Shown here: positions 15,823 through 23,347 of the stretch, piece by piece
How positions within the stretch are numbered: position 1 is the first letter of the stretch
How the letters are laid out: every line of letters starts with the position of its first letter
Source of the DNA: a bacterium
GTDB taxonomy: Bacteria; Patescibacteriota; Minisyncoccia; Phycocordibacterales; Phycocordibacteraceae
Reading direction: 5' to 3'
DNA length: 43,460 nt
Assembly (NCBI GenBank): GCA_021817705.1
Contig: JAKAGB010000001.1
Span: forward strand, 1 to 43,460
Position numbers and translations under genes: made by a program
The notes under the pieces: model-generated
Seen by the model: the letters and a program-made list of their open reading frames with translations, nothing else
Database searches by the model: none
What the model was told of the DNA's origin: nothing

Positions 15823-16916
15823 TTCATCGGGGAAACGAGGTAGAGGAGCGACGGGTCGCCTACGCCGCGTATGAGGAGCGGACGGCCGACGCCAGTCGCG
15901 ACGAATGAGATGCTCTCAGTATTCGAAAGTCCGAGCACGGTCGCGAGATACCGATGATTGAAAGAAAGGTCTATAGAGTCTCCGGACACCTTCGCAGGAA
16001 CGCTTTCATTCGATTCGCCGATATCGGCATTGCGCGCTTCGAATGAGAGCAAATTCTTCTTCGGGTCGAAATGGAGGGTAATCTTCTGGAACGAGTCGGA
16101 GAATACCGCGGTGCGGCGGAGCGCCGATTCGAAGTCTCGTCGAAGCACAATTGCTTCGACGATGGATTCTTTCGGGATTATCTGGCGGTAATCGGGGTAG
16201 ACGGAATTCGTGAGACGGGTGATGAACGTACCGAAATCGCCGATGAACGCGCATTGATGTTCATCGAACGATACGATGACATCTTCATTCGGGAGCACAT
16301 GCGCGATATCGGCGGCATTCTTCGCCGGGATGAGGAGTTTCCCTTGTGCGCCGCGGCCGGTGAGGGGAATCTTCTTTTCCGCGAGGCGGAACGAATCAGT
16401 CGCCACGGCCGTAAGCACGCCGCCTTCGATAGAAAGATAAATGCTTGCGAGCTCCGGGCGAACACTCGAGGCGCTCGCACAGGGCGCGAGGGCACTAAAA
16501 AGCATCTTCAGGGTCGCACCTGGCAACACGATACGATTCGTTCCGCTTTCCGGAAATGGGATAGAAGGAAAATCATCGTACGGGACCGTCTTTATGACAC
16601 TTTTGCTCGTGCCGGTCTTTACGGTGAGTATTTCCCCTACCTGTTCGAGCGTTACTTCTCCTTCTCCAGAAAGCGATGAGGATATCTGACTCAGGATCGC
16701 GGCAGGGACTGCTGCGACGCCCTTCTCGCGGCAAGTGCCGCGCACCTTAAGGTCGGCTGCGGTCTCAAGATTCGTCGAACGGAGCTTAACGCCATCATCG
16801 CTCGCGATGATGAGAAGCGAAGCGAGCGCGGGCAACGTCGCATGTCGTTGTAGAGCAAAACGAGACGCTGTCGACACCTTTTCAGAGAATTCCTTTTTTT
16901 CAAAAGAAATATTCAT
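15816..16916 (-). CDS. dnaN: DNA polymerase III beta sliding clamp
   Basis: 366 aa from MNISFEKKEF... Typical three-domain length, sits directly downstream of dnaA, C-terminus PLLIRG...YLVSPM. 7-nt convergent overlap with the PBP gene. Confidence 0.93.
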   Translation of the reverse strand: MNISFEKKEFSEKVSTASRFALQRHATLPALASLLIIASDDGVKLRSTNLETAADLKVRGTCREKGVAAVPAAILSQISSSLSGEGEVTLEQVGEILTVKTGTSKSVIKTVPYDDFPSIPFPESGTNRIVLPGATLKMLFSALAPCASASSVRPELASIYLSIEGGVLTAVATDSFRLAEKKIPLTGRGAQGKLLIPAKNAADIAHVLPNEDVIVSFDEHQCAFIGDFGTFITRLTNSVYPDYRQIIPKESIVEAIVLRRDFESALRRTAVFSDSFQKITLHFDPKKNLLSFEARNADIGESNESVPAKVSGDSIDLSFNHRYLATVLGLSNTESISFVATGVGRPLLIRGVGDPSLLYLVSPMNQ

Positions 16917-17026
16917 AGTTCCCTTATTATAGCGGTGGATACGGGGATAACGCAAAAACGGCCGTATATAAGCCGTTTTTCGAGCTCTCCAACACTGTTT
17001 TCTTGTGGAAAAGAAGCCATAGTACG
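16917..17026. promoter_or_regulatory. dnaA-dnaN intergenic region with three DnaA-box-like 9-mers and the dnaN -10 (candidate oriC part)
   Basis: GGTGGATAC 16934..16942 (7/9 to TGTGGATAA). CGGGGATAA 16942..16950 (7/9). TGTGGAAAA 17004..17012 (8/9). TATAAT on the minus strand at 16926..16931. Confidence 0.4.
16954..16980 (-). terminator. hairpin AAAAACGGC...GCCGTTTTT after dnaA
   Basis: 9-bp stem with A/T-run ends and a 9-nt AT-rich loop. Confidence 0.5.
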
Positions 17027-18385
17027 TTAGGAAATCATCGTGCGGATATCCTGAATCTCCTTTGCGAGCTCGCTATCCTCAACTACTTCACGCTTTATCT
17101 TCTCACAGGAGTGGATAACGGTGGTGTGGTCGCGGCCGCCGAGCTTAGTGCCGATCGTCGGGTACGAGATGTTGAAATCTTCTCGCAAGAGATACATGAT
17201 CACCTGCCGCGGCCGCACCACTTCACGTCGACGAGTCTTCTCATAGATGCTTTCCTGCTCGATTCCATAGAATTCAGACACTTTTTCGACCACATGCTTC
17301 ACGGAGACGGTCTTTTGCGGCCGCACGAACGAGCGGAGCGACTGCCGTACCTCGGCGATATCGGGAGCACTCCCCTTCACCTGCGCACTACAGACGATGT
17401 TATTAACCAACCCTTCGAGTTCACGGATAGAATTGTTCGTATTCGTCGCGATGAACTCGACCACTTCGGGCGAAAGGAGTACTCCTGAGAGAGCCGCCTT
17501 ACGCTTTATGATTTCTGAGCGTGATTCCATGTCCGGTTCGGAAATATCGACTGCCATACCGCTCCCGAGTCGTCCCGCAAGCCGTCCCGCGATATCCGGA
17601 ATAGCCGATGGGGCGCGGTCGGACGAGAAGATTATCTGTTTGTTCGTGTCGTAGAGCGCATTAAAGAGGTGGAATAGCTCTTCCTGCATCTTGTCCTTCT
17701 TCGAGAAGAACTGGACGTCATCCATAATGAGCAGATCGTACTGGCGGTACTTCTCTTTGAAATTCTTGAAGTGCGCTGCGGCGCCTGCTTGCACCGCATC
17801 GGTGTAATCCACACCGAATTTCTCGCTCGTCACATAGAAAACCTTGCGGTTCGGATAGGATTTCTTGAATTGATTACCAATCGCCTGTATGAGGTGCGTC
17901 TTACCACGGCCCGTATCGCCGTAAATGAAGAGCGGGTTGTAGGTTATCCCCGGCCGCTTCAATGCTGCCTGTGCGGCAGCGAAGGCGAGCTGATTGAATG
18001 AGCCGACGACGAACGTGTCGAACGTGTACCGCGGATTAAGATTGTCGCTCTTATTCACATAGAAGTCCTCAAGCGGTAACTCCACGAGCACCTTATCGCG
18101 CGCGGATTCGCGCGCAGGCTTCCTCCGCTCATCCTTAACGATCTGATACTCGATATTCCGGAATTCGTAGGAAATATCACGTACGATCTTCAAGAGGAGC
18201 TGATGGAACTTCTTAAGGAACCAGTCTTTGAAGAACTGGCTCGGCACCCCAATCGTGATGATGCCATCATCGACTTTTACAATAGAACTTTCTTTGAACC
18301 AGGTGTTGAAGTTCGCAGGGGATACCGAAAGCTCTACTTGGGTAAGCATCTGTTCCCATAATTCCTTCGGATCCTGCATGTCCAT
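17027..18385 (-). CDS. dnaA: chromosomal replication initiator DnaA
   Basis: NPLFIYGDTGRGKTHL Walker A, LLIMDDVQF, AAA+ sensor motifs, C-terminal domain IV ...ISYPTIGTKLGGRDHTTVIHSCEKI. Confidence 0.97.
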   Translation of the reverse strand: MDMQDPKELWEQMLTQVELSVSPANFNTWFKESSIVKVDDGIITIGVPSQFFKDWFLKKFHQLLLKIVRDISYEFRNIEYQIVKDERRKPARESARDKVLVELPLEDFYVNKSDNLNPRYTFDTFVVGSFNQLAFAAAQAALKRPGITYNPLFIYGDTGRGKTHLIQAIGNQFKKSYPNRKVFYVTSEKFGVDYTDAVQAGAAAHFKNFKEKYRQYDLLIMDDVQFFSKKDKMQEELFHLFNALYDTNKQIIFSSDRAPSAIPDIAGRLAGRLGSGMAVDISEPDMESRSEIIKRKAALSGVLLSPEVVEFIATNTNNSIRELEGLVNNIVCSAQVKGSAPDIAEVRQSLRSFVRPQKTVSVKHVVEKVSEFYGIEQESIYEKTRRREVVRPRQVIMYLLREDFNISYPTIGTKLGGRDHTTVIHSCEKIKREVVEDSELAKEIQDIRTMIS

Positions 18386-18477
18386 ATGATTGGGTGGATT
18401 ATACGCGTCTTACTGCAGGTGCACATCTAGCGGAGTCGGGGAGAATCTGTTAGTATGCTGTGCATAACTCCTCTTCC
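18386..18477. promoter_or_regulatory. divergent dnaA/rpmH control region with DnaA-box-like sites
   Basis: Minus-strand TATAAT at 18398..18403, 13 nt before the dnaA ATG. Plus-strand TGTTAGTAT at 18448..18456. TGTGCATAA 18459..18467 (8/9). GGTGGATTA 18393..18401 (7/9). Confidence 0.4.
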
Positions 18478-18618
18478 ATGGCCACCAAACGAACCTACCA
18501 ACCGAAGAAGCGCAAGCGCGCCAAGACGCACGGCTTCCGTAAGCGCTCAAAGACGAGCTCTGGTAAGAAAATCCTCAAAGGACGCCGCCGCATGGGTCGC
18601 AAGAAGCTCGCGGCCTAG
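18478..18618 (+). CDS. rpmH: 50S ribosomal protein L34
   Basis: Not in the ORF track (46 aa). Hand translation [46 protein letters not shown]. Confidence 0.93.
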   Translation: MATKRTYQPKKRKRAKTHGFRKRSKTSSGKKILKGRRRMGRKKLAA

Positions 18619-18619
18619 C

Positions 18620-18934
18620 ATGTTGCCCCGCGCTCGCAGGCTCCGCAGCGCGGAATTGGGCGCAATCCGCGGTAAACGGTTCTTTTCCGAGCATTTTTCG
18701 GCGATTCTCACAGCTGGCGCCCGGCCAGCGTTCGCAGTGGTCGTACCCAATAAAGTCGCAAATAGCTCGGTTTTACGCCATAAAATACGCCGCCGGGTAT
18801 ACGCAGCACTCCACTCGAAGACCCCGAAGGGCTCACTCGTACTCTTCCCGAAAACGGCTGTCGCGGTGCTTCCCATGAATGAGCTCGCGGCCGAGCTCGA
18901 GCAACTGCTTTCTAAAATCCGTTCTGCCGCGTAA
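18620..18934 (+). CDS. rnpA: RNase P protein component
   Basis: 104 aa from the internal ATG of ORF 18455..18934. Basic, with the ...VPNKVANSSVLRHKIRRR... motif region. Canonical position after rpmH. Confidence 0.85.
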   Translation: MLPRARRLRSAELGAIRGKRFFSEHFSAILTAGARPAFAVVVPNKVANSSVLRHKIRRRVYAALHSKTPKGSLVLFPKTAVAVLPMNELAAELEQLLSKIRSAA

Positions 18935-18943
18935 AATACTTCC

Positions 18944-19696
18944 GTGTTGTCGACCTTTTTCCATGTGTTTTTCTATAATCCCATCTATAACGCCCTTGTG
19001 GCGATCGTCGCCTTCGTTCCCGGCGGCGATGTGGGTGTGGCGGTAATCCTTCTCACCATCCTCATCCGCCTCATCCTCCTTCCGTTTACTCTTTCCGCGG
19101 CACGCACCCAGCGCGCCATGAAGGAGGCCGAGCCGCATTTGAAGGCAATAAAGGAGAAGCACCAGGGCGATAAGGAAAAAGAGGCGATGGAAACCCTCGC
19201 GCTCTATCGAGAGCGTAAGATAAACCCGTTTTCGGGCATTCTGACCGCATTTATCCAGATTCCGGTGCTGCTCGCCTTGTATTGGGTGTTCCGCTACGAG
19301 CACCTCACCACGCTCGACTCTGCACGGCTCTACGCATTCACCCCGGTTCCCGCACATGTGTCCCTCATGTTCCTCGGTATCGTGTCGGTTTCTGCGGCAT
19401 CCATACTCCTCGCGGTTCTCGCGGGGGGAACGCAGTACCTCCAAGCGCACCTTGCGCTCTCCGGCACCGCAAAACCCGCGGAGGGCGAAGGCGGCATGCA
19501 GGATTTCCAGCGGCTCATGGGCACGCAGATGAAATTCGTCTTCCCTATCCTCATCGGGGTCATCTCCTATTCGGCTGGTGCGGCGGTTGCGCTGTATTTC
19601 ATTACTACGAACCTCGTCGGCTCACTCCAGGAACTATATGTTCGCAAAAAAATCGGTATCGCAGTTCCGGCAATCTCGGAATCTCAGAGCGAGTAA
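18944..19696 (+). CDS. yidC: membrane protein insertase YidC/Oxa1 family (short form)
   Basis: GTG start. VAVILLTILIRLILLPF, MKEAEPHLKAIKEKH, INPFSG, IQIPVLLALYWV. Confidence 0.9.
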   Translation: MLSTFFHVFFYNPIYNALVAIVAFVPGGDVGVAVILLTILIRLILLPFTLSAARTQRAMKEAEPHLKAIKEKHQGDKEKEAMETLALYRERKINPFSGILTAFIQIPVLLALYWVFRYEHLTTLDSARLYAFTPVPAHVSLMFLGIVSVSAASILLAVLAGGTQYLQAHLALSGTAKPAEGEGGMQDFQRLMGTQMKFVFPILIGVISYSAGAAVALYFITTNLVGSLQELYVRKKIGIAVPAISESQSE

Positions 19697-20901
19697 GCCC
19701 AGAGCGAGCCATCATTCTTGTTCACGAAGGTGAGTACCTGCTGATTCTTGTCTACCGCGAGCGCGGTCGCATCAAGCGCACCACCATTCGTCTGCGTACC
19801 GAAATCGAGCACCAAGGAGGCGAAGCGTCCCGTGACGTCTATCTTCCAGATACGGTCATTGAAATGCACGGCGCCCTGGTACCAATCGTCCGGGTACGCG
19901 TAGCTCGCGTCCGGCGAAACCGGGATACCGCAATAAGCAGCGGAGCTGTCCGGTGCCCACACGCATGTATCGGCGATGGTCGCCACCGGCAGCTGAGTCG
20001 CGGAGTCATCGCTCGTATTCACGAGTTCGAGATGCATCGTGCCGCTCGTCGCATAGCTCACGAGTGCCCACTTACCATCCGGGCTCGCGAGCGCAACGAG
20101 CCCGTACAAAGGGCCGGCGATGTGACTGAATGCCCCGCTACTATTCACGAGGTATGCGTTCCCCGCAAGCGAAGCGGACGGTTTCGTGAACACGAGATAT
20201 TGCTTCGCGCCAGCGAACGATGCACGAATCGCGGAAAGCGGTGTCGAGAACACCTGTGCCGGTTTTGTACCGTCGGTGCGCGATACGTTCGCACTCGAAC
20301 CGTTCGCGTCCGATGCGAGTGTAAAGAGGCTCGTGAGTGCGGTATCGAGCCCCGCAAGGTTTTGCGGCAAGAAGAACCCATTCGAACCGTCTGCGGCGAG
20401 CGAGTAGGTGTTTACGGTCGAGAAATCGCTTCCCGAAAGGTACTGCGCGTACACGCGCGAGCCGTCGGGGAGCCAGTAGGCGTCCTCGATACCCGGAATC
20501 GTCTTATTGCTCGTCCTCGTGAGCGTGCCCGCGCGCACGAGGTAGCGGTACAGGTTGCCGCTCTGCCGCTCGATGAAGGAAATGGCGATGTCGGGCGTCG
20601 AGGAGCCGGTCGAATTCGTGCTTGAAGCGTCTACCGCCACGAGCCCAGGCACTATCGGCCCTGCGGCAATCTCTACCAAACGGCTATTCACCTTCTCGGC
20701 CGCGGCACTCGGCAAGGCAACTGCCGGGTTCTGCGCGGCAGGCGTTTGCGCGCTCCCTTGCCCTGCGGAGGGCAGGCTCGTGCTCGTGCCTACGGATGGA
20801 GTGACCGCAACCGACGACCCGCTAAAGAAGTACCAGTATGCGCCGATACCCACCACAAGGAGGGCGAGTGCGCTAACGGCGATGATGATTGGTCGGCGCA
20901 T
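19684..20901 (-). CDS. membrane-anchored extracytoplasmic protein, beta-propeller-like (TolB-like, tentative)
   Basis: N-terminal TM helix IIIAVSALALLVVGIGAYWYFF, Ser/Thr/Pro linker, then repeated beta-strand-rich segments (WLPDGS, SPDGKW, WAPDSS). Last gene of the T4SS-like cluster. Confidence 0.6.
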   Translation of the reverse strand: MRRPIIIAVSALALLVVGIGAYWYFFSGSSVAVTPSVGTSTSLPSAGQGSAQTPAAQNPAVALPSAAAEKVNSRLVEIAAGPIVPGLVAVDASSTNSTGSSTPDIAISFIERQSGNLYRYLVRAGTLTRTSNKTIPGIEDAYWLPDGSRVYAQYLSGSDFSTVNTYSLAADGSNGFFLPQNLAGLDTALTSLFTLASDANGSSANVSRTDGTKPAQVFSTPLSAIRASFAGAKQYLVFTKPSASLAGNAYLVNSSGAFSHIAGPLYGLVALASPDGKWALVSYATSGTMHLELVNTSDDSATQLPVATIADTCVWAPDSSAAYCGIPVSPDASYAYPDDWYQGAVHFNDRIWKIDVTGRFASLVLDFGTQTNGGALDATALAVDKNQQVLTFVNKNDGSLWAYSL

Positions 20902-20904
20902 ATA

Positions 20905-21885
20905 TCAGTTTCCTAGGTTTGGCGTGCTCGAGGTACAAGCGACCATTGCCTCTTGATTATTCGGGCACGAGACTTTAGTCGGATCAGTCGGAGTGGGTGT
21001 TAATGGAACAGATGAGGTGGTAACGATTGGGTTGCTTGTTGGCACGCAATATATGATTGGAGTCGGATGGTAGAGAAGCGAAGCGCTGTTATTGCAGGTC
21101 GCTATCGCAGCCTGACAGTTTCCATTCGGGCAAATATATTGATCGGAAGCAATCGTTGCCGCACCTCCACCAACTGTATTAATGGTTGTTTTCGACACAA
21201 GTGTAGGGCTCCAGGTCCCCCATTGGGTCGGCAGGTTCGGGATGTTGAGCGAGAGATTCAGGATGGAGGGGTTGATGATGCCGAACACGAGCGCGGGCAG
21301 GAGCATGAGCCCAAGCCCAAAGAGCGCATTGTAGATGCGGTTCTTACCTTCCAGTTTCTGCGAAACAGACTCCTGCACCGACATCTCTATACCGCCCCAG
21401 ATGATGTAGACGACCGCGATAGCAGCGGCGAGGCCTATCGCGTATTTGTAGAGATTATTAAGGAAGCTCGGCAGAGCCGGCAGGGTGGAAAAGGGCGTGC
21501 CGCTCTGATTTGCGGTGAGGCCGGGGATTGGTGCGAGCGGAACGAACGGCACGGTCGCGGAATTATCGAGCGTCTGCGCGGTTGCGCCGCCGGGCGTTTG
21601 GTTTCCGTACTGCGCCTGCGAGATACACGAGAAGGTACCATCAGCGTTCTGATTGCAGATGGGGGTTGTACCACCGCAGGCAGGCGTGCAGGACGCAGGG
21701 TTCACCTGGCAGGTGGCCGGGCTCCCCTTGCAGATGTACCCGTCTGGACAGCCGGTCGTCAAGCAATCTGTAGCGGTTTGTGGCGTGGCCTGTGCGGTTG
21801 TCGGGTTTGCAGTGGTGGGCGCAGCAAATGCAGCGCTTGGTGCGAGAAGCGCGAGGGTTATGAGGGTGAAAAGCGTGCGTTTCAT
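20905..21885 (-). CDS. T4SS pilin-like (TrbC/VirB2-type hairpin) protein with Cys-rich N- and C-terminal extensions
   Basis: Signal peptide MKRTLFTLITLALLAPSAAFA. Core LNNLYKYAIGLAAAIAVVYIIWGGIEM plus a second TM helix ALFGLGLMLLPALVFGII. 8 Cys before and 6 Cys after the core. Confidence 0.6.
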   Translation of the reverse strand: MKRTLFTLITLALLAPSAAFAAPTTANPTTAQATPQTATDCLTTGCPDGYICKGSPATCQVNPASCTPACGGTTPICNQNADGTFSCISQAQYGNQTPGGATAQTLDNSATVPFVPLAPIPGLTANQSGTPFSTLPALPSFLNNLYKYAIGLAAAIAVVYIIWGGIEMSVQESVSQKLEGKNRIYNALFGLGLMLLPALVFGIINPSILNLSLNIPNLPTQWGTWSPTLVSKTTINTVGGGAATIASDQYICPNGNCQAAIATCNNSASLLYHPTPIIYCVPTSNPIVTTSSVPLTPTPTDPTKVSCPNNQEAMVACTSSTPNLGN

Positions 21886-22589
21886 AGGCCGAGTATGTTC
21901 GAGCTCTGCGAACCGAACGAAAGCGAGAGGCTCGCGGTAGTCTTCAGTTCGCCTTCGCTCGCAACGAACGAAAGGTTCGCCGCGCCCTGCCCCGACCCGG
22001 TGGGGCGGAGCGTTATGGCAGCGCCCTGACCTGCACTCGCGCCGTTCAAGAACCATTCGAACGTGGGGAGCACGGAATCAACCGGGAATGAATAGGCGCC
22101 GCCATAGAGCGAGACCTCGGAGCCGGTGATGGCGTACGAGCCGCTAAGGGCGTGGTCGAATAGAATGCCGAGGAGCGGGTCGTGCACATACACGCGCACG
22201 GAAGGGTCGCTCGTCGAGAGGTCAACCGATGCGGTGCCAAGGAGGGTGCCGCTCCCGTCGGAAACCGTTACCGTGACCGTACTCGCGCGGTACGGCAGAG
22301 GCGCGTCCACCACAAGACTGCTTTTTCCCACGCCAGAACCGTTTGCTATCGCTACTGAGTCAACCGACCACTCGTAATCGAGCGCTCCCGGCTTCGCGTT
22401 CGTACCGCTTACGACTGCGACGATGCGCGCCACCCCACCCTCTACCAAGAGCGGCTCGCCTTGGTAGAGAGGCGGTGCCGAAGAAAGCGGCTCAACCGAA
22501 AGAGATACGTCCGGTGTTGCGGCGAGCACAACTCCCGGCAGAAGAAGTGCCGGCAGAATGAGGAGTGCCGCAGCATAAGCGGGCTTCAT
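21882..22589 (-). CDS. secreted protein with Ig-like/beta-sandwich repeats (hypothetical)
   Basis: Signal peptide MKPAYAAALLILPALLLPGVVLA, beta-rich. ATGA overlap with the pilin-like gene. Confidence 0.6.
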   Translation of the reverse strand: MKPAYAAALLILPALLLPGVVLAATPDVSLSVEPLSSAPPLYQGEPLLVEGGVARIVAVVSGTNAKPGALDYEWSVDSVAIANGSGVGKSSLVVDAPLPYRASTVTVTVSDGSGTLLGTASVDLSTSDPSVRVYVHDPLLGILFDHALSGSYAITGSEVSLYGGAYSFPVDSVLPTFEWFLNGASAGQGAAITLRPTGSGQGAANLSFVASEGELKTTASLSLSFGSQSSNILGL

Positions 22590-22595
22590 GTGTTT

Positions 22596-22601
22596 AGTAT
22601 A
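22596..22601 (-). promoter_or_regulatory. -10-like TATACT, 7 nt before ATG 22589
   Basis: Minus strand reads CGG TATACT aaacac ATG. Confidence 0.45.
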
Positions 22602-22619
22602 CCGCCTTTGTGCGAATGC

Positions 22620-23294
22620 CTACGCGGCTTCGCGGAGACCGTCGGGGATTTCGCTTTCGGCGACTGCTTCCTCTACCTCCGCTTGTGCAAACCGTGCAGC
22701 TTCTCCGGCTGCCGCGGCTTGCTGCATTTGGATGGCCGCGAGCTGCTGTTCTTGCCGTGCGGCGCGAAGCGCCGCGGCATTCTCTTCTTCCCACTTTTTA
22801 TACGCTTCTTTCTCTCGCTTCATCTGAGCGCGATATCCGCTCCATACGGCCGCCGAGAGCGCGGGCACGGTGCCCACAAGCGGCGTTTCGCTCGCAAGAA
22901 GCGCAAGAAGGAACCGGAGCGCCGCCATGCGGCCGGGCGCGTTGTTTGCGAACATGCGCGGGTTGAACACGACCAAGAGGAACCCGACCACCATCCAGCC
23001 CAAGAGGCCGATGGCCGAAGCGAGAACAAGCCCGAAGAATTCAATACTTTCGCCCGTCGCGAGACCGAATACTCCCGCAATGCCCGCGACGGTTTCTCCG
23101 GCTGTAGTGCTACCGGTAGCGACGCCCGCCGTGACACCCACAAGTGCGGGTCCGAAGAACCACATCTGTTCGCACATGGCGCGCAGGATGTCGAATACAC
23201 CGGCAAGAGCCAGAATCCACCACGCCTTGCCCCAGGTCATGACCGGCGGCGGAGGCGGCAGTTTTTTGCGCGCGCGCATCAAAGAAGGCGGCAT
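22620..23294 (-). CDS. polytopic membrane protein with C-terminal Ala/Gln/Glu-rich coiled tail (hypothetical, T4SS-associated)
   Basis: Four or five hydrophobic helices, then KREKEAYKKWEEENAAALRAARQEQQLAAIQMQQAAAAGE. Confidence 0.55.
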   Translation of the reverse strand: MPPSLMRARKKLPPPPPVMTWGKAWWILALAGVFDILRAMCEQMWFFGPALVGVTAGVATGSTTAGETVAGIAGVFGLATGESIEFFGLVLASAIGLLGWMVVGFLLVVFNPRMFANNAPGRMAALRFLLALLASETPLVGTVPALSAAVWSGYRAQMKREKEAYKKWEEENAAALRAARQEQQLAAIQMQQAAAAGEAARFAQAEVEEAVAESEIPDGLREAA

Positions 23295-23303
23295 ACGAAA
23301 TCA

Positions 23304-23309
23304 ATTATA
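23304..23309 (-). promoter_or_regulatory. -10 TATAAT, 10 nt before ATG 23294
   Basis: Minus strand reads GC TATAAT tgatttcgt ATG. Confidence 0.4.
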
Positions 23310-23310
23310 G

Positions 23311-23335
23311 CGCCGCCGCGCGGAGCGCGGCGGCG
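23311..23335 (-). terminator. perfect 11-bp GC hairpin (CGCCGCCGCGC gga GCGCGGCGGCG) after virB4, without a U-tract
   Basis: Read directly. May be a partial terminator or a stabiliser. Confidence 0.4.
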
Positions 23336-23347
23336 GAATCTTACGGA

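Noticed and set aside
19282-20625. 447-aa plus-strand ORF overlapping the yidC 3' end and the 405-aa minus-strand gene
   Set aside because: Its composition is extremely Arg-rich (RRRHAGFPAAHGHADE...), and it begins inside yidC in another frame. The opposing frame has a TM anchor, a sensible composition and operon continuity with the T4SS-like genes.
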